A stretch of DNA of 64,000 nucleotides, taken from contig OZ024740.1 of NCBI GenBank assembly GCA_964016885.1, positions 341,124,001 through 341,188,000 of the forward strand, given 5' to 3'. Position numbers and translations under genes: made by a program. Of the stretch, positions 12,601-25,182 are shown one piece after another. The number at the start of each line of letters is the position of its first letter. The first letter of the stretch is position 1. A model generated the notes under the pieces. That model saw only the letters and a list, made by a program, of their open reading frames with translations, was not told the origin of the DNA and did not search any database. This DNA is from Eledone cirrhosa. Lineage: Eukaryota.

Positions 12601-15600
12601 AACGATGATGATGATATATATGGCCATCTCTGTTCAGTGGTCTCATATGCCCTGTTATTATTAGACTATTTCATTTAGTCAAAGTTATGGTGAGATCTTC
12701 TAATTCATTTTTCAAATATTGCTCGTTGCTTTCTCTCTCTATATATAATTTTGTTTTATATTTCTCTAGTGATTTAGATTGGTCTCCCTTTGATGTGAAC
12801 ATCCTGGCTTCTTGCTCTGTTGATTCCTACACATTTCTCTGGGATATCAGGTAAATTCTTCTATTTTGTTTCCTAAATATTCAAAGATATTTCTTAATGT
12901 TTATAATTTATTTATTTATTTAATTTAAACGTTCGTATCGTGCTAGTAAGCTATGATGGACTTGGGGAAGTATCGAGTACTGCTTACAGTTGGTAAACAA
13001 AAGAGCTAGTGAGATGAGTAATAAAAAAGAAAAGAAAAAGAGAAAAGGGGGAAAAAATAAAATAACAAAAATAAAATTTCAAATATTGAAGGCCAATGGC
13101 AGGCAGATTATGCATAAGAAAATGAAAATGAAAATAGGAAACAAGGGAAGCTGTAAAACAGCTAGAAGTTTCTCTTGTTGAATCTTTTCGTAGCTTCTAT
13201 GTACTCAAAGATTGTGTTTATACTTGGTAGACCTGTAATCATATATTGAACTTCCAATCTTGGTAAATTTTTAAAGATTGCTTTCTGCATGGCCTATCTC
13301 TCTCAGACTGATAGTTTCTACATTGGAACAAATGGTGCCAAAGAGTTTCTGGAGAGTCACCACAAGAAGATAGAGGTGAATCTCTACGACTGTTCCTGAT
13401 AGAATGTAGTTCAAGGTATATAATCAGTTCGAAGCCAGCATAATCTTTTTTTATTTGTATTATTCAATGTTCGATAAGTTTTGAATGGCTTAAAACAACA
13501 ATAGTTGTGTATTGTAAAATATTTGTTATGTTCCAGTTGTTCCATTGGAACAGCTTGCTTGTAAAATTTACATATAAGTGGCTGAGCAGTCCACAGACAT
13601 GTGTACTCTTAACGTAAGGAGGTTCAGCATGTGACAAGGCTGGTCCTTTCAATTACATGTGCAGCCCAATTTTGACAGCTGAGTGGACTGAAGCACCATG
13701 AAATAAAGTTCCTTGTTAAAGGACACAATGCTCTGCCAGGAACTGAACTCACAACCCTATGATCATGAGTCGAAAACTCTAACCACTATCGGCGTCCTTT
13801 CACATTGTGAAATCACAGCTCCGATACTATAGGCATGTAGTTAGTATGTCTCAGGAAAGAATCGTTGGTCAGAGAGCACTACATGATGCATCCGTGTGTT
13901 CCTTAAATATGTGTGAAATATTAATAGTTCAAACTGGAATTTGGTTTCATGCCAGGAGGAAAAAGTTTAATGTTTTGAACGCTTATCCTTTGGGTCTCTT
14001 GCCTCCCATGCTCCTGTTACTTTTCCACCTACCTTTTTTACAACTATTTTGCTGATAATGATCCTAATTGTGGAGGTAATATGAAAATTAGGCAGCAAAT
14101 TAGCAGAATTGTTAGAACGTCAGATAGAATGCTTTATAGTGTTCTTTCTGGCCCTCTGTTCTCTTAGTTCAAATCCCACCGAGGTCAACTTTGAGTACAA
14201 GGTCGATAAAAATAGTAGCAATCTAGTACTGGGGTTGGTTCTTCCTCTTTCTGGAAGAAATTTGCTGTACTCAGGCCTGAAGAAGGATGGATTCTCCTGG
14301 CTTAAAATACCCAAGAAACACTGTATGTCAATACAGCACCCCTACAAATCAGGAGTTACAGAACCATACCATTCAATATGAAAATTACAAGAAGAGTTCA
14401 TAATGAGCTCAGTTCCTACTGAAGTGTACAAAGAGAAGGTATGCCATATACATTAAATAACATTAGTTAAGTTCTTCCCCCTTAATTTGATGTCAATGAT
14501 GAATTATAGGGCAGAAGATTGTGTCCATCATACTTCTACTACACCACCTCCTTCACACAGCGGTTTATTCTCTAATGTATTTTTCTTTGAATGTTTTTAT
14601 GTTTACATATTGTACTGTATACATTTAAAAGTTGATTTTTCATGCACAAAGTGGTTGTATCGTTTTCTTTCGTATCTTGTTTGTATGCTTTTTTTTATTT
14701 TTGAGAAACAATTTCATCAGAAGGCATCTGAATTATTACATGAAAATATCAGTGTGTAAAATAGTTTTTGTATAATAGCATTCTGCATTATAACAAGATT
14801 TCCAGGAATGCAATGCTTATGTATTTGTAAGATTGCTACCACCAATGCTGATATATCAACTGCCATATTTGATGGTATTTAGGAACCCCAGATATATACC
14901 TCATTTCAGTAGGGAATATTAATATACAAGATTCAGTTGATATTTTTCAGCCAGATTTTATTTTAAGTGGTAGCATTCCTGCAACAATTAATTTTCTTTA
15001 TACATTAAAAAACATTATACATGACAAAAAAAAGTACATTACTAGAAATCTCTTACGTTATAAAACAAATAGGATGGGTTAGGATCTCAAAATGTAAACT
15101 AAACGACTAATTCTGGTTTTTAAAAAAATCAACAGAGAACCTAGAAAAAATATCGATTTTTCCATCCCCCTCTTGCTTATTTCACCCCCACCTCAATTAT
15201 TTGGGATCTGAGAGTACAAGATTGCTCCACCTATTCACTGCTGTCTTTATTATTTTTCAGGGAACCAAAGAAACCCACTGGATCTTTTCAAACAGTTGGT
15301 GAGTATTTGTTGTTGTAGGTAACAACAATGTTATATAGATGAGTTTCCCAACCTTTAGCCACATGGCTAAAATGGGCCATTGCAAATTTCAGGTGGGCCA
15401 TAGAAATTGTGTGTGTCCAATAAATAGACATAGTTGTATCTTTATTGGATATATTCTATGTAAAATGGAAGTAATTTTTTTACACTATAATAATTTCATG
15501 GGCCACAGAAAAACTCAAAGTAGGGCATGAGCTAAAAAAAGGTTGGGAACCACTGATATAGACCATCAATTTACAAACATTCCTCTCTGTTCTCCAGTGG

Positions 15601-18600
15601 AATGAAATGGACCTTCATAAGTTTCAATGATGGTGATTCCAGTTGTCTGATCAATGGAACAGTCAGCTTGTGAAATTAATGTGTAAATAACTGAGCATTC
15701 CACAAACGTGTGTACCCTTAACCCTTTAGCATTTGCATTATTAGCAGTATCGGTGGAGGGTCAGACGCCATGCTTTCCAGCATAGTTACGTCCCTTTACA
15801 GTCTGAGTTCAAATCCTGTCAAAGTTAATTTTGCCATTCATCCTTACAGGGTCGATAAAATAAAGTACCAGTAATGTCTGGGTAATTGTTGGCCTTGTGC
15901 CAAAAGTAGAAACAATTATTTTATATTTTTGCAGTAAAGGCTTTACCTCACATAATATTGAATCTATGAGATTTTGATAGTATTTATTTTGAGAACAATA
16001 CCTTAACGTCAGTATGAGTAGCAAGTTACAGCTGGCTTGAACAGAAAGAGGTGCAAAAATTCTGGCCAGATTAACCTTTAGCATGCTAGAAATTTTTATG
16101 AATTGCTTCCCTTGACACAGCATTATGTATTAAGGGGAGGTTACTCTATTGGTGACATAATGTGCCTGAGTGTCCAGAAGGTTAAATGCTAAAGAGTTAA
16201 CATAGTTCTTAAGGAGATTGAACATAACACAGTGGTACAGTCCATCCAACTGGCTTACAAACAATTTCTGTCTGCCCAATTCCATTCACAAGGTTTAGGT
16301 GGATCTGTCATCATCATCATCATCATCATCATCATCAACGTTTAACGTCCGTGTTCCACGCTTGCATGGGTTTGGACGGGGGTAGTCCCACTTGAGGCAA
16401 GAGTGATTGTCTTGCTCGCATAGGACTGTCTGGCAGGTTTTCTACAGTTGGATGCCCTTCCTAACACCAACCACATTTACAGTGTGGGTCTGGGAGGTTT
16501 TTACCGTGTTGCCTACACGGCCACATTACAGCGTGGACTGTGTGTTTTTTTGTCGTGACACCTACACGATCTCATTTGTTTCGGCCTGGATGGCGCGGCA
16601 CCAACATAACTTTACATAGAACGGGGTGGTGTGGATGGGGTGGGGGTGGTGGCGGGACGGGGTGTATTTTGTTAGAGATGCCTACTGGCAAGGCGGGTCT
16701 TCTCTGTTACTGAGTACCGCCAAAGGTCTCGGTTCAGTGACATTGTCTTGGAGAGGTGTAAGTGTGTGAGGTCGGAGTTTATCAGCTCGTCCCAGGTTTT
16801 TCTAGGTCTGCCTATACCGTGGCTACCGTCTATCTTTATTGCCCTGCAGTTTGTTATACAGCTATCGACTTTCATGCGCATCACGTGTCCATACCAACGT
16901 AGCCTTCTCTCGAGTAAACAACATCTGATCCCTCTTGTCTATGGTAAATGATACTTGCCCAGGATGCTGTGCAATGGGAGTGAATCCAGTTCTACAGTGT
17001 TATATAATATTTGTCATATCCATTACCATCATGTTATGTTCATTCTTCCATGCTGGCATGGGTTGGTTGGGTTGTTTTAATGTCTCTTTCATTGTTATAT
17101 CAGTTGTAGCATTTGTTATGTTGTAATGTCAGTTATGTGGCAGTATCTGTTGTGTTGTAATATCTGTTTTAGTTTAACATCTATTATGTTGTTATGTCTG
17201 TTGTGTTGTTATGTCTGTAATGAGATATGGTTTCTGATGTGTATTCTGTTTTAATATCTGGTTTGTTGTCATGTCTGTTCATAATTATTGATTATAAAAC
17301 ATTATTGTATCATTCTCACAAGATATTTTATAGTTTGATGAACAATTCACCTAAGAAAGGAGGACATATTTATAAATATTTCCTTTTATTTTGATTTTTC
17401 CATAAGCTGGTGCCTCTCAGGTTCAGTGGAACAAAGTTACCAACAACACATTTGCTACAACACATGAAGGTGATGTCAGAATTTGGGATCCAAGGGTAGG
17501 TTGGCTTTATATATATATCATCATCATTTTATGTCTGCTTTTCCTTGCTTGCAAGATTGGAACGGGTCCTCTTCAGCACATCATCTCTCCATTTGTCATG
17601 GTTCTTCATCATCTCCTCCGTGAGCTTCAGCGATCTGAGGTCAACTTTCACCATCTCTGCCCATGTTTTTTGTGGTCTTCCTCTACTGTGTCTTCTTTCT
17701 ACTGGAATTACTTGGCACTTCTTCACCCAGTGGTCATTTTCCATGTGCATCACATGGCCATACCAACGCAGTCTTTTCTTCATACTACAGTTTATTCCTC
17801 TTATACACATATATATAATAGTTCTATCAAACTCAGAGATTCTGTTGTACTAAACTCCACATCTAATTATAGAATTATAGCATAGAATTGAGTTTAATAT
17901 CAAACCCCAACAAATCCATGTTTAACTGGAACGCTTGTGTGTAATGTCTTTTAGATAGAGAATAAAAAGGAAAGGAACCAACCGTCAGATTGGACCAAGG
18001 AAACAATGTTTCCATTAGTCTTTCCATTGCTGATACTATCTACCAGTCACAACTCATGGCAGGAGGCAGGATTTGAATACAGAACACACAGTGCCAGATC
18101 AGTTACTGTGAGGCATCTAGCTCAATTCTTGAAGAATTCTGCCAGTCCACCCTCCTTTTGACTGGTACTTTATTTATAAATCCCAAAAGGTTAAACTCAA
18201 AGTACAGTGAGCCAGGACTAATACTAAAGTATTTAATCCGACACTAATGATTCTGCCAATTCACAGAATACAATTCCAGTGACTAGAAGTTTCTGGAATA
18301 TTGATTGCAGCATTCTAACCTAGTTTCAAGGCCCCTTTTATGCTGTAAATTTTATTCTATCTTTCATGCCAACATAAGGTTTTTTTTTTTCTTAATTTGG
18401 GCATTTTTGTACTGTTTAAATATTTGTTTTTACACAGAAATATCTTACTATTATTCACCATGATGTAGGATAAAAACTTGTATTGGTCAAGCAAACCTTG
18501 TAATGCCACACCTAATGGTATTTTACTATAACTGGTACTAGGTATCAAATTTATCATTGTGAAACCAATAATCCAATTTTTTAAAATTTGTTTTTGGCCT

Positions 18601-20197
18601 TTAAGTCAGGCAAGAAAGAACAGTGTCCATTGTACCATGACTCTTGACAGAGCCTTCGAGATTGGTGGAAGGAGGGAATAAGTTATCTTGAAACCAGAGA
18701 TCTGGTCTGAATGTTTGAAACAGTAGACTCTGCTAAAGGGACCCAATAGCTTGGTAGTGGTGTTAGACTGGGTGACTAAGTCTTCCCATTGCTGATACGA
18801 TCTGCCAGTGTGATTTGAACTCAAAATGTAAAGATCCGGAATGACCATTGCAAGGTATCACATCAGATGCTCTAACAATTCCACCAATCCAGCACCCTAG
18901 ACTGGTACTTTATCAATCCCCAAAGGATGAAAAGTAAAATTGGTCTTGGCAGCATTTGAACACAAATCACAGAGAACTGCAACATTTTGTCTTATATTCT
19001 AACAACTTTGTCACTTTGTCTTATCATTAACCTTACCACTAAATTGCCTATATTAAGCTTAAACTCTAAAACAGAGATTAGGAACTTTCGCAATGCAAAG
19101 AGCCATTTTTAGCGAAAAAAGAAACTGAGATTGTCTGATTTACATAATTGATTATAAACAAAAATTAAAGAAAACTTTCTACTGAGTCAAAAGCGATATT
19201 TGGCTTTGAATCTTATATGAAATAACTTCAATGTTTGAATCATAATAATTCTAATAATAAACAATCAATTTTTAGAACCAGGAAGGCTTTTGGATTTGAA
19301 AGTTAGAAGCATCAACATTGTTTGACTATGAAAAATAGTCTGATAAGTTGGGCTTATAAACACTGGAGGCAGAATGAAATTGTACAGCACCACCTATGGG
19401 ATGTGCTGTACAAATTTATTCTGTCCCCAAGGTTTATATGCCAAACTTAGTAGACTATTTTTCATAGTCTTAATTACATGTTTCTCCATCTATATATAAA
19501 TTTGACTAACTTCTGCTTGTCCTTCCGTCACACACTAGAGATGAGACTGAGGAAGGAAGGGGTGATGACGTCACACACTAAAGATGACTGAGGAAGGAAG
19601 GGGTGATGACAAACTACAGAAAACAATGTCTACATTCACTACACTTGTCTGTACAATCTGCATATACATATACACATACATGTCAGCGTGTTGAAAAAAA
19701 TTCTAGTAGATTCAAAAACAGAGACAGTTTGAGCTGAGTTATGGTCTTTAATAAGATTATCATCAGAAGCTAAATGCTCTGCTGTTTGTGTATAGATATG
19801 AGTTAATGATATACCTCAGCTGTTTAGTGCATAATTTAATATATAGTTTATATATACATCAACTACCACTGTAAGCACTAAATTTATGCAAATTAGTCAA
19901 TCCAGTTCTCTGTTAGTATCACATTTGATGGGTGTATAAAGCCATTACATATTTCTCCATGAATTACGAGAGATGTAGATAGCATTTGATGATGATACTA
20001 ACAGAGACCGAAACTTGGATCAAGCTGTTCATATTTTTTAATCTAGGGAAAAATATGTAAAGAAGACATGTTTTTATATGTATCTATATCATCATGATTA
20101 TCATATATCTATTTTCTATGCTAGCATGGGTTAGACAGATTTGTTCCACCAACCACATTTACAGTGTGTGCTGGGTGCTTTTTGCTGTCTCTCCTAC

Positions 20198-20285
<88 letters not shown>

Positions 20286-23200
20286 GCCAGCATGGAAAAA
20301 TGGACGTTAAACGGTGATGATGATGAGATATTTATATATATATATATTGACTTCTTACTAGTTAGGCAGCGGGACAGGCAGATAGTGTCTAATACCAAGG
20401 CATACCCTGGGGAAGAATGTACCCCACAACATAGGTTAGTCGTTAGTGATATCTCAGTAAGCAAGAGATGGAATGAGACATACAGGAAGGTGTGGAGAAG
20501 AAAGGTCTGGAAGCTAAAATACCTTTCACTAAAATACAAATTTAGGAAAGCCCTTCAAGATGTATATGACGAAAAAGAAGACGATTTAGAGATGTATGAC
20601 ATAGATAATAACTGGAATTTCTTACATGACAACTTGCTGCAGGCTACTGATGAAACTTGTGGCTGGAGCAGAGCTCCAACCAGACAGAGAGTGACCTGGT
20701 GGTGGAACAGCACAGTAGATAAGGCCATTAGAGACAAAAGACTAGCATGGAAGGCTTGGAAAAAGGGTAGGAGTAGGGAAGAATATACAGCTGCTAAGAG
20801 AGAAGCTAGACGTCAGGTGTACTTAGCACGCAGGGAGGCTGAGAGTAGGAGGTTTGCCAATGTTCTGCGACGGGAAGATCAGAGGCGTGCAGTGTTCTAC
20901 ATTGTAAGGCAGTGTGTCAATGCAAATCAGGATGTTGTTGGAGATAAATGTGTCCGGGATGATGCCGGTGTACTTAGCGTCACAAATGATCAGAAAAAGG
21001 AGGCCTGGAAATGTCATTATGAGAGACTGATGAATGTGGAGAACGAATGGGAGAGAGAGAAATTACCCTTAGTAGATCCGACAGAGGGACCAGCCAAGAG
21101 GCGATTAAAGAAATGAAAAATGGTAAGGCTGCCGGACCATCGGGAATAGTTGCTGAGATGCTGAAGGCATCAGTGGACGTAGGCACTAAACTGGTTGCAC
21201 ACATCATCAATCAGGCTATATATGGTGGTGTCATACCCAAAGACTGGTGCAGCAGTATTCTCATAAATTGCTACAAAGGTAAAGGGGATGCTCTGGAGAG
21301 GAGCAATTATAGGGGTATAAAACTGATGGATCAGGTTATGAAAGTGGCAGAAAGGATATTAGCACAACTAATTAGAGAAAGGGTCAAACTAGATGAGATG
21401 CAGTTTGGTTTTGTGCCTGGGAAGAGTACAACAGATGCCCTCTTCTTGGTGAGACAATTGCAAGAGAGGTTCTTAGAGAAAAATAAGCCACTATACTTAG
21501 CCTTTGTTGACCTAGAGAAGGCCTTTGATAGGGTACCCCGATCTGTCATTTGGTGGTCCCTAAGGAAACTAGGTGTTGAGGAATAGCTTGTGAGGACAGT
21601 GCAAACTTTGTACAGAGGTACTTTCAGTAAAGTCAGGGTAGGAATGGAGGGTAGTGAAGAATTCCAGATACAAGTAGGAGTACATCAAGGTTCGGTCCTC
21701 AGCCCGCTCTTGTTCATTATAGTCCTCCAAGCCATAACAGAGGAGTTTAAGACTGGATGTCCATGGGAACTTCTCTATGCTGATGATCTGGTTCTTATAG
21801 CAGAATCAGTAGAGGAGCTAGAGAATAAATTCTGGGTATGGAAACAGCAGTTGGAAGCAAGAGGACTGAGAGTGAACCTAGCTAAGACAAAAGTGTTGAT
21901 GAGTAGAAAAGCGAACAAAACTCTGATTCCGTCAGGGAAATGGCCATGTTCGATATGCAGAAAAGGAACTGGCATAAATTCTATAAAATGCACACAATGC
22001 AGATCCTGGGTACACAAGAGATGTAGCGGGATAGCAGGCAAACTAACAGGTAGGGAGAAATATGTATGCAGTAGATGTACAGGGAAATTAGACAGTAGAA
22101 GTCACATTGATAGACACATTTTTCAAATGCAGAAGGGAGCTATAGAAGTCGTGGATAGCTTCCGGTACCTAGGAGATCAGATTAGCATGGGAGGAGGGTG
22201 TTCCGAGGCCATAGTATCTAGAATAAGGACGGGTTGGAAGAAGTTTAGGGAGCTGCTTCCTCTGCTGACGAAGAAGGGTTTCTCCCTGCGTACGAAAGGC
22301 CGGTTGTATGATGCCTGTGTGAGGAGCGCGATGCTGCATGGTAGTGAGACATGGGCAGCAACCGCAGAGGATATGCGGCGGCTGGAGAGAAATGAGGCAA
22401 GCATGCTCCGTTGGATGTGCGTGAATGACCCAGCATGAATGTGTTGAGAGAGAAACTGTGTCTGACAGGGATACAATGTAGTGTACGGGAGAGGAGACTG
22501 AGGTGGTATGGACATATGATGCGCATGGAGGATGACCGATGGGTTAAGAAGTGCCAGGAAATGCCAGTTGAAGGAAGACGTAGAGGTAGACCACGAAAAA
22601 CATGGGCGGAGGTGGTGAGAACAGACCTCAGATCGTTGAAGCTCACGGTGGAGATGACGAAGGACCGTGATGAGTGGAGAGATGCTGTGCTGAATAAGAC
22701 CCGTCCCACCCTTGCGAGCAGGGAAGAGCGGACGTAAAATGATAATGATGATGATATATATATATAATTATGTGTGTTTACATACACATTTGTTACAACT
22801 TCAATTAAAATCTGGACTGTTTGTATACAAATATAAATTTATATCACATATCATCATCATCACCGTTACAGATTGAATATAACACAAATGTTTCTCTCAT
22901 TTTGACAGAAAGGAAATACTGCTGTGCAGTATATTGCAGCACACCCGTCCAAGATCTATGGTTTAGACTGGAGTCCATTCTCAGAATACAATTTAGCTAC
23001 TTGTAGTCAAGACTGTACAGTGAAGGTAAGTTTCTATATTTCTCACTCATTTGCTTGCCGAGTGGGGTGGACCTCGTTGAATTGGACCAATGTTTCCATT
23101 GCTGATGCTATCTACTGGTCGCAACTTCTGGCAGAAGGAACAACGTGAAATAAAGTGCCTTGCTCAACAATACAATGCATCGCTCAGTCCAAGAATTGTC

Positions 23201-25133
23201 CTCACAACTTCACAATTGTGAATCCAACTCTCTAACCACTCAGCCAGTGCCTTCACTTCTGTGTTTCTATACTTATAGTCAAGACTACAGTGACGGTTGA
23301 CCTTTACATCTGTATCTGTGTTTCTTTGCTTTACTTGCCACTGATTCTGAAACTTAACATTGAATGTAATGTGTTCCTCATCCTCCCCACCTCCTCCACT
23401 TCCTCCTCTCATTGTCCTCCTTTCTTCATATCAATTTCATTTGATATTCTCCAAGAAAAGTAAAGTGGTAGTGTTGGTGTCATGAAAAACACACCCTGTA
23501 CACCTTGTAAGGTGTTTGGTATTAGTAAGGGCATCTGTCCCTAGAAACCATGCTCAAATCAGAATGTAACAAACAAGATGGATCACCCAGATTCATCTGG
23601 TCTTGGACTATGCCAACCCATCCAATATATACCTGCATGAAAAACAGATGTGAAATGATGATAATGATGATGGAAGATCTTAATTTAAATAAGAACCCTT
23701 TAAAATGAGTGATTTTGTTTCATAGAACCAGAATTGGTTTTGGCTGGGTTGATATCAAAAGGATTAAATGTCTCTCAATGGGAACACACTGATATAAAAT
23801 AATGTATAATAATGAAAATTATTGTATACAGTGCTCAGGTGCAGTACAACTCATCAAAGGTGCATGTATAGTACATAGAATAATGTACAAATGTCAAGAA
23901 AGTGAACAGTGTATGAGTCATGATATACACACAAATACATGTGTGCATGTGTATGGAGGAGGAACATCAGGTGTAGTGTTGGTGAATTTCGGGAAGCATG
24001 GAAGTTTTGAAGGATGCAGTGTCCCAACAGCTAACAACTGATGCAGGTAGTTTGGTCCGTACTTCAGCAACTCTGAGCATGAAAAAATGCCCCCGAAAGT
24101 CATGGAAGCTATTTTCTGACTTTGTAAGCATGTCCATGTGTGTGAGACACGTGGAATTTAAAAAGGTGCTCAGGGCTGTTGTTGGAAAGATGGTTAATAT
24201 TTTATTTCCTTTTGTAGTTCTGGGATGTGACAAATTCCAAACGTCAGGAAGAAGTGCTAATATCTGGTTCTCCTGTATGGAAGGCTCGCTACACTGTAAG
24301 TATGCAGTATAATATAATGTTTTGAAATTTAATTTTCTCACCCCTACTTTGTGAAGATATTAATTTTGTTAGGAAGAATATCCAGTCATTGAAACCATGC
24401 CAAATATGGAACATAAGATGTCTTGGACAACCCATCCAATCCTTGCCAGCATGCAAAGTAGACATAAAATTATGAGACAGGCAATCTAAGTTCTGCCTTC
24501 TAGACTCAACAGTACAGTCTATAGAAAAGACTACTGACTGATGACCTCGAGGATGTGCTTCACACAAGATGCATGCACTGGTACAGCCATGTCGGGCGCA
24601 GTGAAAAATATCAATCCAGGAGGCAGTAGGGGCCCAAGAAGAGCAAAAAGGAATTGGATGGAGGATGTCCATTGGGATCAAGCTAGGCTTGACCTGGCCC
24701 AAGTGAGAATGGCGGACAGAAACATATGGAGCAGGACACTAAGGGAAACTGTCAGGCAGGACCCACCCTTACTTAGGAATTAATTGTATCCTGCATAATC
24801 AAAAACTGGATGATGATGACGAAGGTCTTCCACATAAGTGGACTGGATCTTAAATACAATGAAATGTAGTTGAGAAGTGTATTTTTTCTATGGGAAAGAC
24901 AACCTGTCATGAAATGATACATTTTATATCACTGTATATACTGATTTTATGAAAGTAATGAGGTTGTGCCATCAAAACTAATACATATATATATTAAACT
25001 GAAACATATATATATTAAAACTTGATCATATGCATGACTAATGTGAAGGATGAGTGAAAAGCACAGTCTAGTTACACTTCTTCATATGTGAATGAAATAC
25101 TGCTAGTATTTTAATAAAAAGTTACACACAAAA

Positions 25134-25182
<49 letters not shown>

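Noticed and set aside
19980-20030. Hammerhead ribozyme (ttgatga...cgaaac; also ctgacgag at 63253)
   Set aside because: Core nucleotides, stems or the GAAA/NUH elements are incomplete.
20094-21116. 340-aa ORF as a novel gene
   Set aside because: Chance read-through of microsatellite and repeat fragments into the RTE-B ORF.
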